NCBI GenBank assembly: GCA_964356915.1
Contig: CAYHJF010000004.1
Location: 663-64,662 of the forward strand
Direction: 5' to 3'
Origin: an uncultured Candidatus Saccharibacteria bacterium
GTDB lineage: Bacteria; Patescibacteriota; Minisyncoccia; Ryanbacterales; GWA2-47-10b
DNA length: 64,000 nt
Shown: piece after piece, positions 9,615-18,821 of the stretch
Position numbering within the stretch: position 1 is the stretch's first letter
Layout: each line of letters begins with the position of its first letter
Program-made: the position numbers and the translations under genes
The notes under the pieces: generated by a model
What the model was told of the DNA's origin: nothing
Seen by the model: only the letters and a program-made list of their open reading frames with translations
Database searches by the model: none

Positions 9615-9822
9615 CTCCACCTCCATGTCCGCGTGTTCAGCGTCGAGATCGACGCGCCCGTTTTGCGGACTCAAACGGGTTTTCTACTATGAATAAATTT
9701 CATCTCAGAAAACCCATTTGAGTCTTACGTACAAAAAAGTACCACTAATAAACGATTCTAGTACAACTCTTAAAAAACGCAAGCTCGCTATCTCTATATT
9801 TCTGTGCGTTTTTTTAAGATAT

Positions 9823-9847
9823 AAAAAACCGTCGCGCAAGGCGACGG
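9823..9847 (-). terminator. Intrinsic terminator after the SDR gene
   Basis: CCGTCGC-N5-GCGACGG then T6 on the minus strand. Confidence 0.7.
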
Positions 9848-9872
9848 AATCTGTATTTTTTATTATTGAATG

Positions 9873-10649
9873 CTATTTGCGTTCTTCTTTTGAGTACGTG
9901 TAATCAGCAAGACTCATACCACCATCGAGCACGACGGAACTTCCCGTCATGTAATCGGCAGCGATGATATGCGTGACCATCTCACCAACCTCTTCTGGAG
10001 TCGCACCCCGTCCAAATGGTAATCCGCCTGCGATTTCGGCAAGCTTCGCTTCATCTCCATGCCTTCGTTCACCTGGGGTGTCGGTAAAGCCCGGCACTAT
10101 CGCATTAACATTGATATTGTGTTCCGCAAGTTCTCGCGCAAAGACGCGCATCATCTGCTCAAGCGCCGCTTTGGCACAATCATATCCAACATGCTTCTTC
10201 CGATTGAGCCTTCCGTATACGCTCGCGGTAAAAACCATCCTTCCACCGGAACTCCGCTGAATCATGCGCTTGGCAACAGCCTGTCCCATCGCAAAATGAC
10301 TTCCGACCGTCGCCTGCAGTACTTCCATGAAATCAAAGGGCCCGAGCGTCGTCACATATCCTGCGATATCCTTCGCCGGATTCGAGACAAGGATATCGAG
10401 ACCCCCCAACTCAAATTCCGCGCGATGAACGATCTCGGGAATGAGCTGAAAGTTGAAAGCACTTTCTCGTATAATCGTGCACTCGACGCCGTGTGCTCGA
10501 GCCTCCTCTGCGGTTATCTCGAGATCGGGACTGAGCAGAAGATCGTTAAGAACGAGATTTACACCATTTTTGGCTAGCGCGAGAGCGATACCTCTGCCGA
10601 TACCTCTTGCAGCACCAGTAACAAGAGCTCGCTTACCTTGAAGGTTCAT
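9873..10649 (-). CDS. Short-chain dehydrogenase/reductase (SDR)
   Basis: TGAARGIG, YDCAK (YxxxK), NAIVPGFTDT, YMTGSSVVLDGG. Confidence 0.92.
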   Translation of the reverse strand: MNLQGKRALVTGAARGIGRGIALALAKNGVNLVLNDLLLSPDLEITAEEARAHGVECTIIRESAFNFQLIPEIVHRAEFELGGLDILVSNPAKDIAGYVTTLGPFDFMEVLQATVGSHFAMGQAVAKRMIQRSSGGRMVFTASVYGRLNRKKHVGYDCAKAALEQMMRVFARELAEHNINVNAIVPGFTDTPGERRHGDEAKLAEIAGGLPFGRGATPEEVGEMVTHIIAADYMTGSSVVLDGGMSLADYTYSKEERK

Positions 10650-10651
10650 TA

Positions 10652-11128
10652 TCAATCACCAAACCTGACTGAATCACAAAGCAATGAAATATCGCCCAGA
10701 CCACGGCAAAAACGAGCATGTTCCTCAAGCATAGGGTCTGGCAATACATCAAAGAATCTATACTCCGTTGCTTGATGATCGAGCACGATATCTGCACCTG
10801 GATCTCGCATAGTAGCCAGAAACACAAGACTCAGAGGCCAGCCATTTTCCTTGCTTGGATACTGGATATATCCAACGAGTCGATGAATTTTGATTTCGAC
10901 GCTCAACTCATCCCGAGCCACGCGCCGTGCAGCATCCTCAACAAATTCGCCATACAGCAACGTCCCTCCGGGCAAATGCCACTGACCATTCCATGACGGC
11001 AATGCTCGCCTCGTCAAAAGTATTCCCTCTTCTACAACAATGAGGATATCCACACATGCGCGCGGTACTACTCCGTAGTGATGATCAAATTCCGCCTGCG
11101 TTAAACGTCTTGGGTGTGAGGTACTCAT
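10652..11128 (-). CDS. NUDIX hydrolase (GDP-mannose mannosyl hydrolase-like box)
   Basis: VPRACVDIL; WHLPGGTLLYGEFVEDAARRVARDEL, a Nudix box with RE replaced by RV. Confidence 0.85.
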   Translation of the reverse strand: MSTSHPRRLTQAEFDHHYGVVPRACVDILIVVEEGILLTRRALPSWNGQWHLPGGTLLYGEFVEDAARRVARDELSVEIKIHRLVGYIQYPSKENGWPLSLVFLATMRDPGADIVLDHQATEYRFFDVLPDPMLEEHARFCRGLGDISLLCDSVRFGD

Positions 11129-11236
11129 TCCGAAAAAAACATACCATAAAAAAATCCTTTCGTAAACACAAACTCAAATCACGATTGACTCCACTATTAA
11201 AAACCTCTAGCATCCTTCTCAGAGGACAAAAAAACG

Positions 11237-11626
11237 ATGCCCCAACAAAAAGCTACTGGCATCATCCGCATCGTCAAAGTTCCATCCGGAGAAGCACCTC
11301 TCGAAATTCGTGAAGCCTGGGTAGGTCTCGAACTACCATGTGACCCTGTACTGGGTCTTGCGGATATCGGTCACCGAATCGGAGCGGTATCTGGGAAACG
11401 GCTACCAAATCAATATGGCTTTAGCGTACCTCAAAAAGAAGCTCTCGATATACTTGAACAAAGTAAGCCTGCGGTGGCAGCGTGGTGGAGAAGTCGTGGC
11501 TGCCCACGAACTGATCGATATAACTGCTTTAGTTTTGAAGAAAGTTGTGCCGTCGTCGTCAGCGGCGTCACGCGTCAAACACTCGTAGAAGTTCGCGACG
11601 AAGACCGAGGCGATCCTTATCGGTAA
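11237..11626 (+). CDS. Hypothetical protein
   Basis: 129 aa ORF; AGAGGA upstream; followed by a hairpin/T tract at 11632-11668. Confidence 0.7.
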   Translation: MPQQKATGIIRIVKVPSGEAPLEIREAWVGLELPCDPVLGLADIGHRIGAVSGKRLPNQYGFSVPQKEALDILEQSKPAVAAWWRSRGCPRTDRYNCFSFEESCAVVVSGVTRQTLVEVRDEDRGDPYR

Positions 11627-11631
11627 CAAAC

Positions 11632-11668
11632 AAAATCGCGCAAATCATAGCGCGGTTTTTTATTTTTT
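11632..11668. terminator. Terminator between convergent genes
   Basis: AAAATCGCGC-N8-GCGCGGTTTT followed by T runs. Confidence 0.6.
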
Positions 11669-11686
11669 AGACAGCTAAAGATCTTA

Positions 11687-13351
11687 CTACTCGAGAAAGA
11701 GTCGCGCAAGACGAAGCTCTTCGTAATCATACGTATCACCGAGAATGGCGCGCGCAGGAGCAAGATGTAACCCATCACTTTCTTTACGTGCTAATTCAAA
11801 TGCTTTTTTTATTTTTTCAAAACGAGTACCTGTTGGCTTGAAATGCGCGCAATCAGCCTCAAGATCAATTATTCCTTTCTGTATCAGTTTTTCTAAATGT
11901 TCAAGAATTGTACCTACAGTCATCCCCCGCTCACGAGCGATCTCGTGAGGTGAACGTTTTTGCAATACGAGCTCATGCGTTACCTCATGTGTAGGTAACT
12001 TCTTTTTTGCTGTTTTTGCTTTTCTTTTTTCGATAGTACCACCACATGCACGGATAAAATTGTGTTGCATGGTCTCCAACTCAGATGCGCTCATCGTAAT
12101 AAATACATCTTGAGCATGCTTGGATGCTTCGAGAAATACCCTATCATGTTCAAGAATACGAGGATGTACCAACAGTGCTCGCTCGTTATATCCCCGTAAA
12201 TAAAGACCCGAGAGCGAACGTACACGCGAGAGCGCTACGTATCCTTGCCCATACTCAAAGGCGCCTGAAAGATCCATGAGCGCCGCATCAAGAGACATCC
12301 CCTGACTTTTGTGAATCGTAATCGCCCATGCAAGCCTCAAAGGAAGTTGGATAATTTTTGCGAGTGTTTTTCCACCCTCTTCTACCGCCCACTCCGTATT
12401 GGATACCTTGATCATGTCGCCCGTATTTGTACGCACAACTGGTAATCCATCTTCTTTTGCAAAATTAACTACCGTGCCAAGCGTGCCATTGAAAAAACCT
12501 TGCTCAAAATCATTTTTCGTAAACATAACTCGCGCGCCTTCTTTGAGCAAAAGTGTCTCGGGAGAAAGACATCCTCGCTTGAGTGATTCGGCAAGCGCCT
12601 TAGAGCCTTTCGTATGCATATCAAAAATGCGCGCGTTACCAGAAATCTTTGAAAGCTCCTCTTTGTTGATGCGATCAACATCTGCATTGTGCGAAAAGAG
12701 TTGAGGCAATGTCTCACTTCCCTTGGGAGCAACGTTGCGCGCTGCGAGTTGTCGGTGAAACTCTTTTGTGACAACACCCTTCCGAATAGAAAGCAACATA
12801 TCTAAAAAAAGCGGGTCTTCCTGCCGATGTTGCTCAGTAAGATAACAGACGAGCAATCCCGCCGCCGTCCATGCAGGCGCTTCAAATGCAAATCGGGACA
12901 TTCTGCCGCCACGCGCTATCGGCGGTAACTGAAAAAAATCACCCACAAAAATAACCTGCATGCCACCAAAGGGCGCAGAATTTTGTCGTAACGCACGACA
13001 TACATCATCAATCATGCCGAGCGTATGAGCATCAAGCATCGAGATCTCATCTATGATGAGCACGTGAGTTTTACGCATGCGCTCAACTAATCTTTCATTC
13101 TGCAAAAGAGCATCGAGATCATACTCCGATAACGTGTCGCGTATACCAAGACCACTCCATGAATGGATCGTCATCCCCTGAATATGAGTAGCCGCAATAC
13201 CCGTAGACGCGGTAACTGCTACCTCTATATTGTGTTCGTTCAAATACGCGATGTATTTGCCTACAAGGTATGACTTACCTGAACCTGGCTCGCCCGTAAT
13301 ACATACGTTTGCGCCAGTTTTTAATATCAAAAATGCCGTGTCTTGAGTCAT
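11687..13351 (-). CDS. PIF1/RecD-like SF1B DNA helicase with C-terminal HTH
   Basis: GEPGSGKS, TASTGIAA, IIDEISM, GDFFQLPP, QLPLRLAWAITIHKSQG, YVALSRV; C-terminal EIARERGMTVGTILEHL. Confidence 0.92.
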   Translation of the reverse strand: MTQDTAFLILKTGANVCITGEPGSGKSYLVGKYIAYLNEHNIEVAVTASTGIAATHIQGMTIHSWSGLGIRDTLSEYDLDALLQNERLVERMRKTHVLIIDEISMLDAHTLGMIDDVCRALRQNSAPFGGMQVIFVGDFFQLPPIARGGRMSRFAFEAPAWTAAGLLVCYLTEQHRQEDPLFLDMLLSIRKGVVTKEFHRQLAARNVAPKGSETLPQLFSHNADVDRINKEELSKISGNARIFDMHTKGSKALAESLKRGCLSPETLLLKEGARVMFTKNDFEQGFFNGTLGTVVNFAKEDGLPVVRTNTGDMIKVSNTEWAVEEGGKTLAKIIQLPLRLAWAITIHKSQGMSLDAALMDLSGAFEYGQGYVALSRVRSLSGLYLRGYNERALLVHPRILEHDRVFLEASKHAQDVFITMSASELETMQHNFIRACGGTIEKRKAKTAKKKLPTHEVTHELVLQKRSPHEIARERGMTVGTILEHLEKLIQKGIIDLEADCAHFKPTGTRFEKIKKAFELARKESDGLHLAPARAILGDTYDYEELRLARLFLE

Positions 13352-13459
13352 ATAATATTTCCTCCTTACTACAAGGGTGGACGTCCAAACAGTATATCAC
13401 CAAAGACCTACAGACAAAGAATGTGCGGTATAAATAGATCCTTTGAAAGATCTATCGTC

Positions 13460-13867
13460 TCACCACTGATCGATGTAATCGTCGTGCCCTGTCAGATATG
13501 CTGCAAAATTACTGACCTGATTGCGCTCGTTCGTTGAGAGTTCATCTCTTGGCTTACCGCGAAGCAACATACAAAGCGCATTATGACGCTCTCGACGAGC
13601 ATCTTCGGATGGATTTTGAGCCTTTGGACGAGGTCGAAAATAATTCTCTCCATCAGGACGAAATTGTGGCGGGATAGACGCCCTTCCGTGATTGAGCACG
13701 GATCTCATATAATCTTCCGCTGCTGCCTGTAGCCGCTCGTAAGCTGGCGTTCCAACACGTGGAGCTTCCATTTTTATACCACTACTCTGTAATGCATCCT
13801 CCATGGAACTCTGCGCCTCTTCTTCTTGATTACCATCTGGAGCATATGCTTCTATATTGCCTTGCAT
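13460..13867 (-). CDS. Hypothetical protein
   Basis: 135 aa ORF filling the gap. Confidence 0.6.
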   Translation of the reverse strand: MQGNIEAYAPDGNQEEEAQSSMEDALQSSGIKMEAPRVGTPAYERLQAAAEDYMRSVLNHGRASIPPQFRPDGENYFRPRPKAQNPSEDARRERHNALCMLLRGKPRDELSTNERNQVSNFAAYLTGHDDYIDQW

Positions 13868-14003
13868 ATCTAAATCCTAAAACTGACAAGCCATAAAGGC
13901 AAGTACAGCAAAGTAAAATCACATATCATTTCCTTTACATCTCACGCGCTGTCTATATACTGATACCTACTTAGCGTTGATTAATAGCAGTTTAAAAAAA
14001 TCT

Positions 14004-14216
14004 ATGAAAACAATGACCTGCAGAGAAATGGGTGGTACGTGCGATGAATCAATGACTAGCAATACTCCTGAGGAAATGATGGAACACGGCAACGCGCATG
14101 TTGCTGCATCACACCCAGAAATTCTTGAGCAAATGAAAGCCATGAGCACAGAAGAGGTGGACGCGTGGAAAGCTGAGTTTATGAAGAAATGGGAAGCAAC
14201 TCCAGATTCACAATAA
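14004..14216 (+). CDS. DUF1059-like small metal-binding protein
   Basis: MKTMTCREMGGTCD...EEMMEHGNAHV..SH pattern. Confidence 0.75.
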   Translation: MKTMTCREMGGTCDESMTSNTPEEMMEHGNAHVAASHPEILEQMKAMSTEEVDAWKAEFMKKWEATPDSQ

Positions 14217-14235
14217 GCGAACCAGCTCATGCACA

Positions 14236-14265
14236 CAAAAAATACCCCTTTCGGGGTATTTTTTG
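14236..14265. terminator. Bidirectional intrinsic terminator
   Basis: CAAAAAATACCCC-tttc-GGGGTATTTTTTG between convergent genes. Confidence 0.85.
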
Positions 14266-14279
14266 TAACCAACCTGCGG

Positions 14280-14483
14280 TTAGCCGACTTTGCTTACCTT
14301 GACCGCGTTCGGTCCTTTCGGACTCTGCGCTACTTCAAAGCTCACTTTGTCACCTTCGCGAAGCGCGTCGAATGCTACTCCGACGAGCTCGTTAGAGTGG
14401 AAAAAGAGATCCTTTTCCTGCCCTTCGCATTTGATGAACCCAAATCCCTTATCGGTGAGTCGGGCGATTGTTCCTTCTTGCAT
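14280..14483 (-). CDS. cspA: Cold-shock protein (CspA family)
   Basis: RNP1 KGFGFI, RNP2 LFFHSNEL, KGPNAVKV; 67 aa. Confidence 0.92.
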   Translation of the reverse strand: MQEGTIARLTDKGFGFIKCEGQEKDLFFHSNELVGVAFDALREGDKVSFEVAQSPKGPNAVKVSKVG

Positions 14484-14580
14484 TTGATGTAAGAAAAAAG
14501 CTAGTAAAATATCAAATACAGGAACTGAACAATGGAGACTCGATCCTTCTTCTCTGGATCAGCTCTGAATTGATATGGGA

Positions 14581-14609
14581 AGCATAGCACAACGGTTTCA
14601 TTTTGTCAA
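14581..14609 (-). promoter_or_regulatory. Sigma70 promoter of the cold-shock gene
   Basis: TTGACA (14609-14604), 17 bp spacer, TGc-TATGCT (14586-14581). Confidence 0.75.
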
Positions 14610-14625
14610 ATTGCCTGTGAACACC

Positions 14626-15927
14626 TTAACAGCTATCCCCAGCGATATACCCTGTCGTCCAACAAAGCTGTAAGCTATAACCGCCCGATGGCCGGTTAAT
14701 ATGCAGCGCGTCTCCTACCACATAAAGCTGAGGTACGAGGCGTGACTGCATCGTTTTGAAGTTAATCTCGGTGAGTTTCACCCCTCCCGAGGAAACGACA
14801 GCCTTATCCCTCCCAAGCAATCCCTTAACATGGAGTGGAACTGCCTTAAGCAAAGAAGCGAGTGCTTTTCGCTCCTCTGAACGCACGCTATGATTTGGCG
14901 TCTCGCCATCGATGTAAGCAAGCATAAGTATTGGATCCACAAGGGCTGGGAGGACAAACCCCGAAAGCGCGTTTTTTATTTTTTTATTACTTTGCTCAAC
15001 TAAAAGCTTCTGAAGTTTTTCTCGCAGCACACTACTATCAAACGCGGGAAATAAATCGAGCATAATTGTAACATCACGGGCGCGTTGTACTTTTGGAGCT
15101 CTGCCCTCTCGTGCATACTCCGATCCCTCTCCTCCATGTAATAACTCACCCACCTCTTGGCTCATGTTTAAAACTGTGGGGCCACTGATACCAACGTGTG
15201 TAAAAAGTAGTTTTCCTTTGTATGCCTTTTGCTTTACACCACTAGCAAACGTTGTGAGCTTGATATTTCGGAGCGTTACTCCGGCCAACTTTTTCGCCCA
15301 TGAATCTTTAAGCGTGATCGGCACGAGTGCTACATCATTTTCCATGATCGTATGCCCGAGTTTTTCAAGCCACTGAAACCCTTCTCCGGTCGATCCAGTT
15401 TCTGGACGCGACGTTCCGCCAGTTGCGATGATACACGTGCGAGCACGCACTACAAACTTATCGGCAAGTGTTACCACTATCTGTTCTTTTGATTTATCGT
15501 ACGCAACACCCACAACTTCAGCGTTCTCACGAACTTTTGCTCCGCTTTTCCTCATATATCGAACCATCACATCCCACACTGTTTTTGCTCTATTTGAAAG
15601 AGGGAATACTCTCTCTTCCGCCTCTTCCCTCGTATCCATCCCCTGCTTATGAAAAAAGTTTAATGTCTCTACGACACCAAATTGTGTAAATGATGAAAAA
15701 AGAAATTTACCACTCTCCTTATACTGAGCAAGCATCGTGCGTACCTCGGGTTTGTTATTTGTAACATTACATCGCCCCCCTCCCGTAATAAGCAACTTCT
15801 TCCCCAATCGAGGATTCTTTTCAAGCAATAAAACACGCCGCCCTCGCTCGGCAGCGCGACCAGCAGCCATCATTCCGGCAGGACCGCCACCAATGACTAC
15901 TACATCCCACTGTGCTTGCTTTTGCAT
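14626..15927 (-). CDS. HI0933/YhiN-family NAD(P)/FAD-dependent oxidoreductase
   Basis: GGGPAGMMAA, GKKLLITGGGRCNVTN, LLFTHVGISGP, GGYSLQLCWTTG. Confidence 0.92.
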   Translation of the reverse strand: MQKQAQWDVVVIGGGPAGMMAAGRAAERGRRVLLLEKNPRLGKKLLITGGGRCNVTNNKPEVRTMLAQYKESGKFLFSSFTQFGVVETLNFFHKQGMDTREEAEERVFPLSNRAKTVWDVMVRYMRKSGAKVRENAEVVGVAYDKSKEQIVVTLADKFVVRARTCIIATGGTSRPETGSTGEGFQWLEKLGHTIMENDVALVPITLKDSWAKKLAGVTLRNIKLTTFASGVKQKAYKGKLLFTHVGISGPTVLNMSQEVGELLHGGEGSEYAREGRAPKVQRARDVTIMLDLFPAFDSSVLREKLQKLLVEQSNKKIKNALSGFVLPALVDPILMLAYIDGETPNHSVRSEERKALASLLKAVPLHVKGLLGRDKAVVSSGGVKLTEINFKTMQSRLVPQLYVVGDALHINRPSGGYSLQLCWTTGYIAGDSC

Positions 15928-15934
15928 ATACGTT

Positions 15935-17389
15935 CTATTTCTTCTCGAGATCCAACACTTCGTCAATACGAATTTGCGAAACAAAATCTGGGACATGACT
16001 AACTAGAATCATCGCTCCTTCATATTCATCGAGAGCTTTTGCAATTATCGGTATATGACGAAAATTTATATGATTTGTTGGCTCATCCAAAATAAGTAAC
16101 CCCGGCTTAAGCAACGCAAGACGCGCAAATGCGACCAATCCTTTTTGTCCCTCTGAAAGCCTACCGATCTTCGTACCAATCATTGCTGGCGTAATCAAGA
16201 ATCGTGCCGCCGTTCCGCGCAACGTCTCTTCAAGCTTTTTATCCATGACATCCATTAATGCCTCATGCACTGTATCCTCAAAGTTCAGTGTCGAAAAATC
16301 TTGCCTATAGTATCCTACTCGAACCTCTGGCGCGATCGTCATACCCCTCGCTTCACCTGAAGCAAGAGCCTCAAGTAATGTCGTCTTACCAATACCATTT
16401 GGTCCCGTAATAAGTAAGTGACTCTTTTTCTTGAGTTTAATATTCGCCTTATGTGTAACCGGCTTATGATTATGTATCGTGATATAGGACGTGATATGCG
16501 CAATATCGCCCACGATCTCATGTTGGGATGGAATAGCAAACGGACGAATGGTTTTATCTTCTTGGCGCACATCTACCTGTTCTTCTTCCATCTCTTCGAT
16601 TTTATCGCGCATCTTCTTCGCTACATTACGCATCTTGCCACCTTTTTGCGCAAAAAAGTTTGCTTTGTCTTTATTTTCTTGGATTTCTTTAGCAAGCTGT
16701 GCATTCTTTTTGTTTTCACGCTCGATCCGCGCTGCAATATCTTTTACTACGTTAAAATAATTACCTACGTATTTTTCGATCACCCGCGTAAAAACATCGA
16801 GATAGAACACTCCGTCAGTGAATGCGTTCAAAAACTCCGCGTCATGCGAAATTACAATACAGGTTTTTTTGTACTCAACTAAAAATTTTGTGAGATGCTC
16901 GATACCAGCCTTATCAAGATTATTAGTCGGCTCATCAAGGAGAAGCAAATCAGGATCTTGAATAAGTGCTGAGGCAAGAAGCAATCGTGCCTGCTGACCA
17001 CCTGAAAAAGACTTAATAATTTTATCCTTGGGTGCAGCGAGATTCACTACTCCAAGCACCGTATCGATGCGAGGATCAATATCATATATTTTTTTCGTAA
17101 AACTTTTTTCAAAAAACTCTCGAACGGAAAGATCCATTTGATCGCGCGGGATTACTTGTCGCGCGGTTGCGATTGTTAGCCCTTGTGCGATATGGATAGC
17201 TCCTGAATCCGGCTTCAATACTCCCGTTATAAGTCCGAAAAGTGTACTTTTACCGGCACCGTTTTGTCCCATGAGCGCGATCTTAGTACCACGACGCATC
17301 GGGAATGACACCTCTGCTAAGATTGGGTGTTTAGGACCATATTCAAATGAGACCTCTTCAAATCGTACAATAACTTCTTCTCGGGACAT
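15935..17389 (-). CDS. ABC-F family ATP-binding protein
   Basis: Two ABC domains and no TM: GQNGAGKST/FSGGQ/LLDEPTN and GPNGIGKTT/LSEGQ/LDEPTN. Confidence 0.9.
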   Translation of the reverse strand: MSREEVIVRFEEVSFEYGPKHPILAEVSFPMRRGTKIALMGQNGAGKSTLFGLITGVLKPDSGAIHIAQGLTIATARQVIPRDQMDLSVREFFEKSFTKKIYDIDPRIDTVLGVVNLAAPKDKIIKSFSGGQQARLLLASALIQDPDLLLLDEPTNNLDKAGIEHLTKFLVEYKKTCIVISHDAEFLNAFTDGVFYLDVFTRVIEKYVGNYFNVVKDIAARIERENKKNAQLAKEIQENKDKANFFAQKGGKMRNVAKKMRDKIEEMEEEQVDVRQEDKTIRPFAIPSQHEIVGDIAHITSYITIHNHKPVTHKANIKLKKKSHLLITGPNGIGKTTLLEALASGEARGMTIAPEVRVGYYRQDFSTLNFEDTVHEALMDVMDKKLEETLRGTAARFLITPAMIGTKIGRLSEGQKGLVAFARLALLKPGLLILDEPTNHINFRHIPIIAKALDEYEGAMILVSHVPDFVSQIRIDEVLDLEKK

Positions 17390-17520
17390 CGCATAACAAT
17401 ACCCCATTTTAGAGAAAATAGATAGTCTCTAAAACACATCTTCTGTAAATCTCTCGTCTATACTAGGCAAGATATAGTTTGCAAGATGTATTAAGCACAA
17501 CAAACCCATCTCAACCAAAG

Positions 17521-17946
17521 CTAACGCCTCAAGCTTGGAATACTTTTTAGGGCTTTACGTCGTATCTTATAGTCAGGGATAACTTCTCCCACGAGAGCCC
17601 AAAAAGCTTTTGAATGGTTAAACATTCTTAAGTGACAGAGCTCATGAACAATAATATAGTCTTGGAGTTCTTCGGGTAAATACACAATCCGATAATTAAA
17701 ATTAAGATTTCCTTTTTTTGAACAACTACCCCATCGAGAGCGCTGATTTCTAATGGCGACTCTCCCCCACGTAAAACCATAGTATTGATTAAAATGCTCG
17801 AGCTTTTGATGAACACGAGCACGCGCGATTTCCTTATCTTTTATATATGTCCTTTTTGAACTTCTCTTTATATTGTTGCGTCGCCATCGAACTCTCAACT
17901 TGTGGCGATCTTTGAGAAGTGTAAAAAAATCGTAGAATATCTTCAT
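17521..17946 (-). CDS. YgjP/DUF45-like zinc metallohydrolase
   Basis: SRWGSCS, DYIIVHELCHL..FNHSKAFW. Confidence 0.9.
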   Translation of the reverse strand: MKIFYDFFTLLKDRHKLRVRWRRNNIKRSSKRTYIKDKEIARARVHQKLEHFNQYYGFTWGRVAIRNQRSRWGSCSKKGNLNFNYRIVYLPEELQDYIIVHELCHLRMFNHSKAFWALVGEVIPDYKIRRKALKSIPSLRR

Positions 17947-18014
17947 AAGATGCTTCGTATTGCATCAGTATGACAATTTTTTCTCCTTCATTCCATCACG
18001 CTTCTCACAAAAAC

Positions 18015-18046
18015 AAAAAAGCCCTCAATATTTCGAGGGCTTTTTT
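18015..18046. terminator. Intrinsic terminator
   Basis: A6-GCCCTC-N8-GAGGGC-T6. Confidence 0.8.
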
Positions 18047-18056
18047 GTTTTTTATT

Positions 18057-18740
18057 CTACTTTTTCTTAGATTTCTTAGAAGTTACTACTTTTTTACTAG
18101 GCTTTTTCTCTACTACCTTAGGCTTTACAGTCTCAAGCGCTATTTTTGTAACTTCTTTTTTAAGTGTCTGGGACGCACTACTAGCTGTAAGAACATTTAA
18201 AATCTTATCGAGCTTGGTATTAAGCGCCTCGAACTGAGATTTATATGACTCTGCTTGTTTGAAATTATCGCCCGTATTCTTATATGAACTTGTATTTTTA
18301 CGGTCATCGTATCGATCACTATGCTTGCGATCACCACGATGGTCATCATGACCACGATCGCTTGTCATCACCCCTTTATCATAACAATCTTTGCAATATG
18401 TTGGTCTTCCTCCTGTTGGCAGAAATGGTACCTCGCACTTTTTACCGCAGCTACTGCAAACTGCTGAATACATTCTTCTTTCTTCAAAATGAGATTTTCC
18501 TGAATCTCTGCGATCAAAGTCTCGTCCCCCAGTTCTTTCTGGCATTGAACCACCTTCTTTTTCAAAACAATCACTGCAAAAAATCGGTCTCGACCCAGTT
18601 GGTCGAAAAGGCACCTGGCACTTTTTGCCACATTTACTGCAAACGGCATCATGCATTTGTGATCGAGCATCTCGCCCGCCAAAATTCTTTTTGCCAAACT
18701 TGCCTCCACCTCCCTTATTGTTTCTGTTGAAATTAGCCAT
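18057..18740 (-). CDS. Protein with two CxxC-x17-CxxC zinc ribbons and a basic tail
   Basis: CSKCGKKCQVPFRPTGSRPIFCSDC and CSSCGKKCEVPFLPTGGRPTYCKDC; LNTKLDKIL coiled coil. Confidence 0.85.
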   Translation of the reverse strand: MANFNRNNKGGGGKFGKKNFGGRDARSQMHDAVCSKCGKKCQVPFRPTGSRPIFCSDCFEKEGGSMPERTGGRDFDRRDSGKSHFEERRMYSAVCSSCGKKCEVPFLPTGGRPTYCKDCYDKGVMTSDRGHDDHRGDRKHSDRYDDRKNTSSYKNTGDNFKQAESYKSQFEALNTKLDKILNVLTASSASQTLKKEVTKIALETVKPKVVEKKPSKKVVTSKKSKKK

Positions 18741-18821
18741 ATGTGTAGCGGAGTGAAGTTTATACCCTAATACATTAAATAGCAACCGCTAACTAATTTC
18801 GATAAATTTAAGGGGTTCTTG

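Noticed and set aside
9102-9692. 196 aa plus-strand ORF (and 9175-9444, 9487-9696)
   Set aside because: Antisense shadows of a GC-rich gene; SD, signal peptide and terminator all support the minus strand
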